Assembly: GCF_001194135.2 (NCBI RefSeq)
Contig: NC_068995.1
Location: 53,898,474-53,962,120 of the forward strand
Direction of reading: 5' to 3'
DNA from: Octopus bimaculoides
Taxonomy: Eukaryota
DNA: 63,647 nucleotides
Positions 41,167 through 54,360 of this stretch are shown piece after piece; position 1 is the first letter of the stretch; each line of letters begins with the position of its first letter. The notes under the pieces are model-generated. The model was not told where the DNA came from. It was given only the letters and a program-made list of their open reading frames with translations, and searched no databases. The position numbers and the translations under genes are program-made.

Positions 41167-41244
41167 CCATATAATTGTTAAAATTCATTTAAATCTGCAA
41201 TTACACATTCAGATTATTTATTAACTGTAATATTGTGAATATTG

Positions 41245-41880
41245 TGTATTTAGTAGACATGCTCTTTGCATTTTTAAATGCAAGGACCCTAGTAGGCATG
41301 TTACTAACCAAATCATGAATATTCTCTCGCAGAATTTCTTGCCATGTTTCATGCAGTAATCTCAAAAGATCTGGCTTTGACGATGCATACTTGTTCCTTT
41401 TATGAAGCACTAAGTCCGTTAGGTCCCAGTGGTGTTCAATAATGTTCGTATCTGTTGACTGGGTTTTTAATGTCATTTTCATTTGCGTGATTTTAGCCGT
41501 GTGACAAGGAGCTCCATCTTCCATAAACAAATCCTTTCACCACTGGAGAAGATTGGAAGGAGTCCTTTAAGCAATATGAATTTATGTTTATCTGAATTTA
41601 TGTTTCCTTAAACTCCTCCAGCTCGGATCAGCCATTGCTAGAAATTGATCCCCAGACAATCACAAAATAGCTGCCGTGTTTCTTTGTTGGCTGAAATATT
41701 TTCTCACCAAATTCTTGATCACAGAGTTTCCTGACTCACACTCGATCAGGACATACAGAAATTTTGACTCATCAAAGAATACGACAGTGTCCCAAAATGC
41801 TAGTGGCTTTTCCACCATCTTGCTGACCCAGACTTCTCTTCGCTTGATGTTGACTGGTCAAAGAAGTAGTTTTCTTCTTG
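41245..41880 (-). pseudogene. Tc1-family (DDE) transposase remnant
   Basis: Reads FWDTVVFFDESKF; PTKKHGSYFVIVWGSISSNG; FMEDGAPCHTAK...QSTDTNIIEHHWD...LVSNMPTRV...AKSMSTKY. The D-to-E spacer is 26 residues instead of 34. It has stops and frameshifts and is 5'-truncated at (TA)n. Confidence 0.9.
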
Positions 41881-41938
<58 letters not shown>

Positions 41939-42681
41939 CCATAGTGATATAGGAACAAACATTCACAGGAACACACAAACGTATATACATATAAAAAGTT
42001 TGTTTTATGTAAAGTCTATGTAAAAGTTTGTACGAGAAGTGAATGGAACTTAAACATTGATAGAGAATTCAATCCCATTTGTGGGGCACCCTATCCTTTA
42101 TATCTAATTTTGGCTTCCTAGTAATAATCAGACTTTTGATCGTAATATCACCTGTATGAATTGTAATAGGAATTCATGTAAACAATATTCAAATCAGTGA
42201 TCAAAATCATTCATCAGAATATCACTCATAAAAAGACTGTATCCATTTATAATACTTCAATAGCATTTATACTGAAATCATAATAACAATGAAAAATATC
42301 TATAATATATCTTATGAATATTTTAGAAACCAATAATTACTAAGATCTGAGAAATCATATCTATTCTTGGGACTTCTGTAGCTGCTATCTTCCATAACAC
42401 AAAGTCAATGTAATTCGTTTATTAATTCATTCTACTTTACGTTATTCTTCTCAAAACCTAAACTAGAGACTTTCATAATAATATAGAAATTAATATAAAG
42501 TACAGTATTCACGATGAGATTTTATTTTCAACAAATACTTTTCTTCGATAGAGCGAAAAAACAACTATCACTTGTGTTGCGGAAAACGCAATAGAGTTAC
42601 GATAGGTCTACTCATTCGTGAGATTCTGTCCTTCTTCTTTAAAACCCAAAAATTGATTATTCATTTTCAAACAAAATAAAA

Positions 42682-42723
<42 letters not shown>

Positions 42724-42724
42724 C

Positions 42725-42763
<39 letters not shown>

Positions 42764-43168
42764 TTATAGATTGTCACACATTATTTCGGCTTCTTAGGAC
42801 TGCTAGGAAAAATTAGCTATCATAGCACACTGATAGAGGTTAACGCAGTGATTAAAATAATTTTAAGAAATACAAAGCATAGTTCAACAAGTGCAACAAG
42901 CTAGAAGGGGAAATAAATAGATACAATGTACACCCTAAGACAACAATATTATACTACCTGCGACATTCCTGATTCACGGTGTAGTGTTTGGGATTTACTT
43001 TCTCGGGGTGATTGCATGGTAATTTCCGTCATTTTTTAAAACTTCCTGCACAATACCCAATCCCCTTTTAAATATTCCTGATGAAATTCTATGGGTAGAA
43101 ATTGAATGTATGTCGTTGACAGCATAAACACACACAGAGACACACACTCACACACACACTCACATACA

Positions 43169-43217
<49 letters not shown>

Positions 43218-43498
43218 TCACATACACTCACACACACACACTCACACACACACAAAATACTGATATGTCTGTGTAAATATGTGCATATATACGCATATAT
43301 GTATGCATATGTATATGTGCATATATGTATATATATCTGCATGTATGTATGCATGTATATATATACTTATATATACTTATTCTTTCATGTACTGTATTGA
43401 TCTTTAGAATAAAGTTTTTATGATATATTTTCTAGAGGGTATGAATTATATTTATCATTATTGAATTATTTAATTGTTGTTTTTCTCTAAATTATATA

Positions 43499-43552
<54 letters not shown>

Positions 43553-45871
43553 CATGTATATATACACATATATATATGTATATATAATGTATTATGTATG
43601 TATGTATACGTGTGTGTATTGTGTGCGTGTGCGTTCATGTTAAGTTAAGAGTATATGTACCCCACCACCGATAGAACAATATTATCTGATGAGTCAGAAA
43701 GTTTCCTTCACAATCTTTTTCCACAGATAGCACTTTTAAACATGTCTCTTGTATTACTAAGTTGGCTGGTTCTATAGACGTACTTAGAAGAGGATTACTT
43801 TCGGAAAGTAACTTTCTCAGGGGAATTACAGGTATGTATATTCCATGAACTTGCTTATTTTAAAATTCTTTTACGCAGTTTTAAACTACTTCCTAGATTA
43901 CAGTTCGGAATTTTTGTGTGTTTTCCATGATAAATTTATCTCGCTATATAAACCTCCGTCTGAAGATTCCCTGTTCAATGCCTCAGTGCTTGAGATTCAA
44001 TAAGATACTTTTTCTTATATGTATGATACACAACCAAATACTGCAGTACTTCAAATCATTCAAACAGTCCTGTAAAAGCTTTTTACTTTTAAATAAAGTG
44101 TTTTTTACACTATGTATACATTATGTACGGGCTATGGAATGTGGTTTCAAAGGAGAAGGTTTATATGAGATGAACTTTTAAGTACACCATCAAAGTTACT
44201 ATCTTACTTGATCCAACTCTCAGAAACACTGCAGAATGTTGCACAGTTTCCTGTATTCTAAAATCAATAAACCGATATCAAATAAAACCTGTAAATATTT
44301 GTGTGATGTAGGGAACTTGAATAAAAGTCAAATTAAAAAAAAATCAATTCGTTTGTATTACCTTGGAAATACGTCGAAATTGCAACGGCTTCTTCATAGT
44401 GTGACAAATAATATGATATTTTTTCAGGCTATCAGATCTCGTTACAATTCATGCAGGACGTGGAAGACAAGTAACAAATATGATGGTCTCCCATGGAGTA
44501 CAAGTAACAGTAAGATGAAAATTGTGTAAAAAAAAATCTCCACGAATTAGGTTAAACACAAAACTCTCCTATCATACCAAGAGACTGAACGATCTAATGT
44601 TTTCAGAAGCAGTGCTAGTCTGAAGGAAAACGGGTTATGAACTGACTGTCCAAAACAATATACATTGAATTAATATACACAACATAAATTGCGTATTACA
44701 TTACCTCTGTGGTGTACTGCCGAGAAAATACACATCTTTCAATCAGGATTTCCAGAATTATTGTCGACAAAATTTTCTTGGAATTACAATAACATTGGAA
44801 AGTTGTGTTGTATAAAGACACTTAGTCACCAAATTTCAACGGGCCCGAGAAAATATTTATATGACATGTATAGGAAACTTAATTTCATTTTTAAAATTAT
44901 TTGTAATAATCTCAAAAACTATAATACTTTAGAGATGTTAACGTGAAAAAATCGGTGTATTTTAGTGCAAATACATTGTACATTTTTCTCATATACCCGT
45001 AATTCTGCGATAAATCTAAATGCAAGAATGATAAAATAGAGTAAAATTGTATACAATTAAAACGAAAGTATTACTGAAACCATATTGTAATTTTATTGAG
45101 ATTTAGCAGCTCTTTCTAACTGGTAGAATGAATGAGTTGTAGACATCTGTTGTGAGATCGTTTTGAACCTTTGTATCCAGCTGTTTGAGAAATCGCAAAT
45201 GGCACACAAGTAGGATTGATCGTTAATCCTATCATTTGTTTGAACTTTATTGACAACATAACTTGTATAACAAAATAACAAAAAGTGTCTACTCTGCATA
45301 CTTGAAGCTGGATATGATAAAGATAATCTTTAGTGAAATTCTTCTGTGCAAGCTTGATGCATTTAGATATAAAATAATCATTGCTAAAGTTCACCCAATG
45401 TTAGAAAAGGCGAATAAATTTAATGATTCTCAGAAGAGACACAACCTTCCTAGATTAATTGGAAAACCTGGACATGCAACACGAAGTCACTAAATACGTT
45501 TATTCAATCATATTTAGCTGGTTTAGAGAGGAAGAAAAAAAAATAATTGTCCATTCAAATTGGTGTGAAACTTAAAGCCACGAGAGATATTACTTTCGAA
45601 ACGCATGAAATCAATCTTGGCAGTGATAATTATCACAACAACGAAATCTGCGTAGCAGGACTGGGGATATTTGCATATATCTTGGCGCAGATGAAAAATT
45701 GTAATATAGCCGATATACTAGCGTGCTTTCCAGTCATAGCGATCAAGCTGAATAATCAACCTGTGGGATAGAAATGTCTGATCTTAGGCTCTCAGACCTG
45801 TCAGATTTGAGTCAAATGCCAAAGTGATGTTAGAAAATTGATCAGATTAATATACAAACACATTCATGCAT

Positions 45872-45909
<38 letters not shown>

Positions 45910-45918
45910 CTATATATT

Positions 45919-46027
<109 letters not shown>

Positions 46028-46584
46028 GTGCTATGAGAGTAGTTTATACTTGCATACTTCAATATACACATGAATAGATACACGCAATTTTACATGCGTA
46101 AAGAATACATTTATGTGCGAGTTACAGAAGCGTCAAAGGTTTTCTATGAACAATCTGTGAATGAAAGATATATAAAGTACACACGATTTTTGATTCCCGT
46201 GATTTTTCCTAAGATATCAGCTTTATAAATGAGGTACTTGCCATTAAAAAAGATGTCGTCAAGGATAGCCACGTATCATTTAACGCGATAGATGCGGAAG
46301 TGAAAGAAAAAAAAACAAGAAAACATCCGTTAAATGTATCTTTTATATCTGCTTACTGGCTTTCTCTAGCGTCCAAGCAGGAACCCGTTGCAAAGCTTAA
46401 CAGGTGCATTCTAATAACTACTCTACGGTAATATATGATATTTAACAACCTCAGAAACTATGAACGTATATATATATTTCTGCATATGCATGTTTATATA
46501 AGTATGCAAGCGATTATATATANNNNNNNNNNNNNNNNNNNNNNNNNNNNNNNNNNNNNNNNNNNNNNNNNNNNNNNNNNNNNN

Positions 46585-46625
<41 letters not shown>

Positions 46626-48197
46626 ATGTGTTGGCGTAGGAATGATTAATTAATCTAAAATTTCTCTTCGTAATTGTGCGCATACAAGTTCGATCACAAT
46701 AAGGGGCAACTCATGTACATAGCTTCAGGTCTACCCATGACCGACGTGCGAAACTGATAAACGTGGAAGCCTATCACATAAATTGTACTCATATTTCGAA
46801 AAGTGTCTATGTTCCGTGACCTTCATCATAAGTTACTATATTAAGCTGAAAAAACTTTTAGGCTTATATGCGACATCTTTTAATAATTTCAAAAGAATGT
46901 AGATTATCTGTGTAAAGTGAAAAACGGAAAAAAAAAACATTCTCAGGAACAATGATAGAAAAGAAGCAAAAAGTAACAGAGAAATACTACTGCAGCGCTT
47001 CAACTAAGACAATGAACATAAAGTAACGAAACGAAACATACACACGCACATATTTCGCAATGGCAAAACTCAAATCAACGCAGAACGTAAATAAACAATG
47101 ACTAAAAGAATAATTTTGTACTAAAACAGTTTAAGATTCTTTTTTTGTTCTCTTTCACTATAAATATCAAATGACAACAACTGATCAATTTCTTTTATTT
47201 ATTGCGAAAAACCTGGTTTTGAAACGCGTGAACGTTTCTAAACACACACAGACACACACACACACACACACACCCATGCACATACACTCACAAAAACATA
47301 AACACACATGCACACACACATATGGACACACAAAGACGCACACGCACACACGCAGAGACAAACACATAAACACACAGAGAAACATAAACACACACACCAC
47401 ACGGATACAAATCAACCAAGAACGAAGACAAATATAAAACCAAGCAGAAGCTAACAGTAAATCTATCAACGAAGAAAGAATAGCTGCAAGTATATTTTCC
47501 TTTTCTATTATGAAATTCGAGTTGGACATAGTTGTGATATTCATTTTTATTAAGATAAAAACAAATATATTTTCTTGCCTGAATGATTTATTATATTCTG
47601 TCTCAATAAAGAATTACAGCGGATAACTGAGCTGATTCGATAAGGTAATGAACAACGTGCAGAGAGAGATTACCATTGAATATCTAGCAGGCAGTATTGT
47701 TTTCTTCACTTCGGCCTACTTGTTGTTTTATGAGATGCTTAAATGGAGAGGCAACTTTCCAGGATGAAGGTGGGGAATTAACGAAGGATTCTAGGCACCG
47801 TGTTCAATTCGTCCTGCGTTTTAGGTAAAATAGGCACAGGTCCTGTAAAGCATCTTTTCTGTGAGCACTCTACATCTTTATGAGAGTGACATGTCAGCAT
47901 AACCAAGGGACAGTTCTACACCAGGAAACGTTCGCTCAGCAGAGAGCAATGAATGACAAGGCCATGTTTATTGCAGCATATAAAGCTACAGTATTCAATT
48001 CGTCTTTTCACCTTTTCCCTTTTTACAGTCTAATTTGAGGGATATTTAGCTGATATTTCTCTTATGCGAGCCGACCATCTTGAAGACTCTCCGTGGGATC
48101 ATCCTTACTGGTTCCTGAGAAGCATTATATCAGCAGATGATAGCAGCCCTGTAGCTGAAATAGTCCTTTGTTCGAATCCATCACACAGTAGTTGAAA

Positions 48198-48565
48198 CAG
48201 GGCGATTCAAAAGACGACAAAAATAGGAGACAATTTATTTTTTATAAGAAACAGTTTATAAGAACAGTTTTTTAAAATTTAACAGGCTCTATATGGTTAC
48301 CATTGTTTTGAATACACATTGCAATACGTTTACCCAACTCATTGTGAACTCGTAATACCACATGTGGTGATACGTGTGCGAATGAGTTGGTGATGCGTTC
48401 CTTCAAATGATTTATGTCTTTTATCTTTCCGCGATACACCATGCCTTCAAATGCCCCCAAAGATAGAAACCAAAAGGGGTCAAATCAGGGAATCTATGAG
48501 ATCTTATAAACTGTTTCTTATAAAAAAATGATTTTCCTATGTATGGAGATTTTTGAATCACCCTG
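48198..48565 (-). mobile_element. Internally deleted Tc1/mariner-superfamily DNA transposon with about 65-bp imperfect TIRs
   Basis: CAGGGcGATTCAAAA... at 48198 and ...TTTTGAATCACCCTG at 48565, followed by TA (AA on the left). Both ends carry tttataagaaacagtttataaga. The interior encodes PDLTPFGFYLWGHLK / MVYRGKIKDINHLKERI...CIQNNGNHIE. Confidence 0.85.
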
Positions 48566-48774
48566 TAGGGTCCCAATTGTTAAGAGATCGATCTGTTTAT
48601 CTCTAAATATGAGAGGGCCATGTCTTATAATTGTGTAAACGTGAACAGCACAATTTCCGAAAGATTTGTTAGCTTCTACAGCATTTGAGTACTCTTTTCT
48701 ACGTTTTGAAAATATGATTAACAGAGAACTTAAGCAATTAACAAAATAGAAAACTGTAACAAATGATTCTAGAC

Positions 48775-48958
48775 TTCGGCACAAGGAAGGCAACTTTGTT
48801 GGAAGAGAGGGTTAGTCAAATTCAGCTAAACCACTATTCAAGGGGTATTTATATTATTGGCGCTGAAAAGAAGGTCAAAGCCGACCTCGGCATAACTTCG
48901 ACTTAAAATATAATGACCGAGAAGAAATTCCGCTAAGCCTTTCGGTCGACGCATTAAC
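48775..48958 (-). mobile_element. Diverged family A SINE
   Basis: Reads ggcacaagg...gggttagtc...caaagccgacctcggc...gaaattccgctaagcctttcggtcgacgcattaac. Confidence 0.6.
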
Positions 48959-49220
48959 ATATCTTACACCTAGAAGCCATAAACAAACAAGTTTAGAAGT
49001 ATATTTGTTCTCACACACTCTCTATCTCATATACACAAGAAACTGCTGAAAATTCCCTGGCTTTGGGTAAAACAAAATACAGGAGGATCAGTTAATTATG
49101 GTTTCATACACTTATTGCACTGGTCCTTCACTTTTTTCTAAGCCCTGTAAAAAAGTGAATTTTTTACCTCCAGCCAGGCCTATCGTGAAACACTTAAAAC
49201 CAGGTACCTTTCAATACCCC

Positions 49221-49261
<41 letters not shown>

Positions 49262-50933
49262 TACATTTTCAGGTTCGTGTAGAAGAATCTAAATACTGAC
49301 AATGATACCTCACTTCGCAGCTTTCTCTACTGTTCACCATATTTTCATATCAGAATAACAAACTGTAAAAACAACCTTAATTATAAATAATAATTGCTGG
49401 ATTATTGCGAACAATAACGAGCATTGATTTTTATTTCTGCTTCAGGACACTCTTTTCTTCTTTTAAGCGCTTTTGAGAAGCCATTTGCAGCAGGACTTAG
49501 AAATATTTTACTCCAAAAGTATAAGATTCGAAAAGTGTTTGTCCGTATTTTATTGATGTTTTCTTTACTAATGAAACCCGTTACTGAAAATGGAGTTCAT
49601 TAGAAAATAATTGTTATGTCACACCGTAAGATACACGGATGCAACGTTCCTCTTCAGCTAGAATTTTACGTGTTATTTTTATATCAACGTGCATTTCATT
49701 TTTTCTATATTGTTAAAATATATTTTATTTTATGGTTCGCTGTCTTTCATGGCGCTCTAATTGCAGCATATAAACCTGTCTGTAGGAATTACTTAAGAAC
49801 GGTAGATTGAAATTAGATTGGATTCTTTTTGCTTTTATTTATTATACTTTTATTTCTTTGTGGCTGTATCCATTTTTTTATTATAATTATACTTGTGAAC
49901 GATATTTAGTTCAGAAAGAGATTAAATTGAAGCCCCCGTATTAAAGATATACTAAACAAAGAAATTAAAATAACAATATAGTTATATGCTTAATGACAAA
50001 AAAAAAAAAAAAAAAGCAATTAACTAAAATCCCAAGAACGGATTAGATCGTTTATTTTCTTTCCTTATTTTGAGACGCTAAAGTCATTTCTTTAATGCAA
50101 AATGTTGCCTGAAGCTAGAAAGGAAAAAATAGTGCATATTCTCCTGAAAGAAAAGATGCCGTTTAATGCATGACGTTGCCCCGAGTTAAGAAAATGATGA
50201 TTTCGTAGCGGAAAAAAAAGCATACAAAGAGTAAATCGCTATAAAATACATGAAAAACTCAGTAACAACATCAGAAAGGTAAAAAAAAAAAATAAAAGAA
50301 CACGAAAAGAAAACAATATGAAATCAAAATTTCTCCATGAAGATTAACGTAGAAACGTCTATTATCTTCATTTTCAACATTTAATGTTCGGCTGTAATGG
50401 GGATAAAAGAGGTACAAATCCAAAGTGGGGAATTTTGAAAACTAATATTACCTTGAATCAAGTGCTCATCTATTTTTCTTTTCTACTTCAGAGCATATTT
50501 ATTAATTTCAATCTTAATTGGAAGCCACAATATACCTCATAAAATATTTATTAATTTATTTTTAAGTGATATGTATCCATACCTGCATGATTACATATAT
50601 ACTTATACTATATAGATATTTATACGTGCGTGTGTGTGTACGTGTGTGAATGTGTGTGTGTATGTGTGTGTGCGTGCATATGGATCATGTATGTGAATAA
50701 ACTCAACAGATCCATGGCTTAGGTCTCTAAATTAGTTTTTGTAATTTTTGTGAGCTCTAAGTAGCTATTGCAATTACTAACTGTAGTTGCCAACAATGAA
50801 GGGCACAATATTTTTCTTTTACTAGGCAAGTGCCATTTGACCTGCATAGTTCTGCTCTCATTAGATCCCCGCACAAACAGCTTCTTTACTATGTTCCTCG
50901 GTGTGTCGTTATTGTTTTGGATTGCTGCGTCAT

Positions 50934-51145
50934 GATGGCGAGCTTGGTAGAATCGTTAAATCCGACAGGCAAAATGCTTAGCAGCATTTTGTCCGTCTTT
51001 AATTTATGAGTTAAAATGCCACCGGGGTCCACTTTAACTTTCATCCTTTCGGGGGCAAGTAAATAAATACTAGTTGAACACTGGGGTCATTGTAATGCAC
51101 TTAAAAATCTTCCCTTGAAATTTCTAGCCTTGTACCAAATTTTGA
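50934..51145 (+). mobile_element. Family A SINE, plus orientation
   Basis: Reads ggcgagcttggtagaatcgtt (A box), atgcttagcagcattt, gagttaaaatgcc (degenerate B box), ctttcatcctttcgggg and cactggggtc. Confidence 0.8.
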
Positions 51146-52755
51146 ATCATATATCGTGGTCAGCATATTTTTTAATCTGCTGTAAATAAATAATAACTAT
51201 TTTTATTGACATATCTTATTCTATTTGCAGTTATTCTTTCATAAACATCCTACAGGTTCACACTTTGTACATTCTAAAGTGTGGGGGGAATAAGAAACCT
51301 CTTCGTTTTGTTTATATTTCTTTCTTCTCTGATTATTTTTTCATCTATATTGTAGTTTGCTGTCAATCTCCTCACAAGAATATTACCATCACTGTACTCT
51401 CAATATAGCTGATATCATTGAATAATGTTCAGCATTAAACTTGTTATAACTGAGAATGGGTAATAAAAATTTTCTATTTATGGGGAATATGCAGGTGTCT
51501 AACTTTTAAAACAGAATACAAAATCTTTTACGTTCATTTTGTCATTTTGGTATCACCCCTCATCTACTTAGTGCCGGGCGTATGAACAGGTCGTAACTAG
51601 TATGGTTGGGTACTCCACCCAATGAACTTCCGGCTCTCTTGAATCTGTCACTAGAATTTCAGACAGAATTTTAGGCAACGGACAGGTTTATGATTTGTTG
51701 CTTCTACATGACATCATGGGCGAAAATCAATATCCATAACCTCCGGCCAAAACTTGCGATGAAAGTAAATTCCAGTGGACAAAGACTGCAAACAAGCCTT
51801 CTGTGTGGACTTGACCAGCAATTCAAAGACCCAATACTATCACAAACACTCTTACGTTGTTTCTTTTCAATTAGCCGTGAGATTCCAAATCACAAACAGG
51901 TTTCTTCAATGAGCAGAGATTAGCTAGATCTAACAGGTTGAAATTGAGTGATAGCCATTACACACACACACACGCACACACACACACACACACACACTAA
52001 CCTTTTTTAGACACATGTATGCATATTATTTTTATTTTTTTCCTGCTGAGTGCAATAAATATAAAAGTGCTCAACACAATATTTTGCTGGAAGTATGTAG
52101 AGCCGGATATATGTTAAATCGTGTGAAGTAAGCAGAGATTACATGACCAAACTATAATTTACATTCGATTCCCTATCCATTCAATCGTCGCATACGTCAG
52201 AGGATTGAAAAGGCATGGAAGAGAATGACTCTGATAGTGGTATGTAATCCCTAGCTATCACACAATAATTAATACAGGCACATATACCCGCGCCCTCACA
52301 CTTACAAGCATACATTTGTATATGTGTGTGTTTGCAAGTATATACGTGTGCATGTTTCTATATGGGAACATAGTTGATGGACGTATACAAACATATTTCT
52401 TTTGGGTGTTTCACTCTTTGAAGCTAAGGCAATGTTCAATCATGCTTATATTAACAGTATTTCACGAAACGTTTTATTTCAGCAAGCTTCTCTTGTGAGC
52501 AACATTTATCCCATTGTTAAGTTCCATTCGAATGGAAAATTGACCACCTCAATTCCCTTCACTGATGCCGATAATATCCTTCTACAATTCCCCTAACCTT
52601 ATACGGAAATAACATGAATGTAAAGGCCCTGATTATCGCGGCAAAATGTGTCGACCAAACACTTTCCATTCCCAGTTGAAAGTCATATACTTCCCTTGCG
52701 CTCTTAATGCTCTCGATAAAAGCTTAAAAGGCACGTAATCTCATAGGTCTCTCTC

Positions 52756-52821
<66 letters not shown>

Positions 52822-54027
52822 TCGCTCCCTCTCACACTCTCACACTCTTGCGAATCTGAATCTTTGCCCGAAGTGCCTAATCAATATCATTGATCTGAAT
52901 ACCAGTCTTTGAATTGCAAAGGACAATACTGACTTATCGATATTCATTGCTGACTTTCAAACCGAAAATATAAATCTACGTTTGATCAGTTTTCCGAAGT
53001 AGCCTAATAGTTTCCTATTTGTGTCTGTGTCATACTCTCATTTCCCATCCAAATCTATTAGCGTTTTTTTTTTCGTTCTTTTAGCAATATATTATCATTG
53101 AAGGTTGAGTATTTTGTAAGCGTCGTAGCAATTATATAGAAGCACGTTTTACTTGGTTGTTCTGTTAATCGTAGTTAGGTTTCATATCATAAAATCAATG
53201 TATTCGATTTCATTCACGAATACGAATACATTATGGGCGAGTGATGTCAAAAATCTTTGAAATCTCACACTTTGTGTATATGAAACCCATTGAGGTTGTT
53301 TTTATGAGGATTTACGAAGAGCACCAGAAAGTGATAATCATAGATCCAGTGTGTTTTGAATTAAGAGTAAACCAAAAATCTATACGTCTCTACGTCAGCA
53401 TAGTTAAACGTTCACGAAAATGTATGAAGGAAAACAGATAAAAGCAACTGCATAGGCGTTCTTGGTATACGATGTTAGTTTTAGTTTTTAAGGATCAAAC
53501 GGAAAGTAAGAAGTGAGCAAATTTTGAGGAATTGCCCTTCATCGGAGAAAAACAGAGAAAAAGAAATGTAAATTGAAAACATTGTGTGAAATTTCTTTTA
53601 CCAACACCATTCTATGGCATCCTCAAAACATTTATTTTCTTTTACCTCTGCGATTGATAGAGGCTGAGATTAATATGTGGAACGTGGATTACACCCTATT
53701 TCCTTCTTACATCGTTAAACTAGTACGAAATATGTGTTTGTTTTCATTGCTTATGCTTTAGTGATAACTTTTCTCACCAAACAATAAAATTAACAATGCT
53801 TCCTTATTTAATAGATATTTAACATATATGATCTTAAAAATGTAAATGAATGGTGACATAAGAAACATAAAGAAAATTAAAAAGATAACTATAAATAATT
53901 TCTGATGTTGCAGAACGTTTCGGCTGATATACCCTCCAGCAGATGTCTTGGGGAAATTTCGAACCTGGGTTCTCATTCCTAAGATATTTGTCGATGTTAT
54001 TACTATTATTATTATTATCATTGTCAG

Positions 54028-54090
54028 GTCACTGCTTGGAATCGAACTCGGGGTTAGTAGCCCGCGCTCTTAATCATTAGGCCATATTTC
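54028..54090 (-). promoter_or_regulatory. tRNA-like Pol III type-2 promoter (A and B boxes) inside the PLE 3' region
   Basis: Minus strand reads tatggcctaatgattaagagcgcgggctactaaccccgagttcgattccaagc. The A box is 54073-54084 and the B box GAGTTCGATTCC is 54038-54049. An anticodon-like loop CTACTAA resembles tRNA-Ser(GCU). There is no acceptor stem, so it is not a tRNA gene. Confidence 0.7.
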
Positions 54091-54120
54091 CGTGGGTAAT
54101 TAGGGAAAGAATTTTAGAGC

Positions 54121-54360
54121 TTATAAATCTGATACTCTTCTATCCTTCCTTAATACCGGTTCCCATATGTTACTCGTATCTGCACTCAGTCTGCTTAGGA
54201 GGTTATTATATCCTAGCATATGTACTGCTTCTTTTAGTTTTCGTATTTTCCAGTGGTATTCTCTGTCTATTATTTTAACTTCTTCCGACAGGGGGAGGTC
54301 GCCTCCATTTTTCCATACATGATCAGCTATATCCGATCTATCAATGCCACCTCGTGTCAC
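54121..54360 (-). pseudogene. GIY-YIG endonuclease C-terminal fragment of a Penelope-like element
   Basis: RSDIADHVWKNGGDLPLSEEVKIIDREYHWKIRKLKEAVHMLGYNNLLSR matches the PLE pattern S.IA.H.W...H...W..VKI.D.E..W..RK.KEA.H. Confidence 0.85.

Noticed and set aside
43078-43110. CTGATGA plus hairpin plus GAAT, and also CTGATGAGTCAGAAA at 43686
   Set aside because: The first lacks A15.1 and stem I. The second has no stem II. Such matches are expected by chance.
45547-45771. Possible RLE LINE relic (YLGADE); similar faint RT-like words at 1300-1400, 11100-11300, 14600-14720 and 47900-48150
   Set aside because: The matches are only a few residues and cannot be supported without a profile search.
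51565-51636. Nested stems gccgg/ccggc and ttgggt/acccaa, HDV-like ribozyme candidate
   Set aside because: There is no convincing P1 or P3, no P1.1 partner for the GG, and no catalytic C.
54028-54090. Functional tRNA gene
   Set aside because: It has no acceptor stem, a shortened variable region and an atypical anticodon, so it is kept only as a tRNA-derived promoter.
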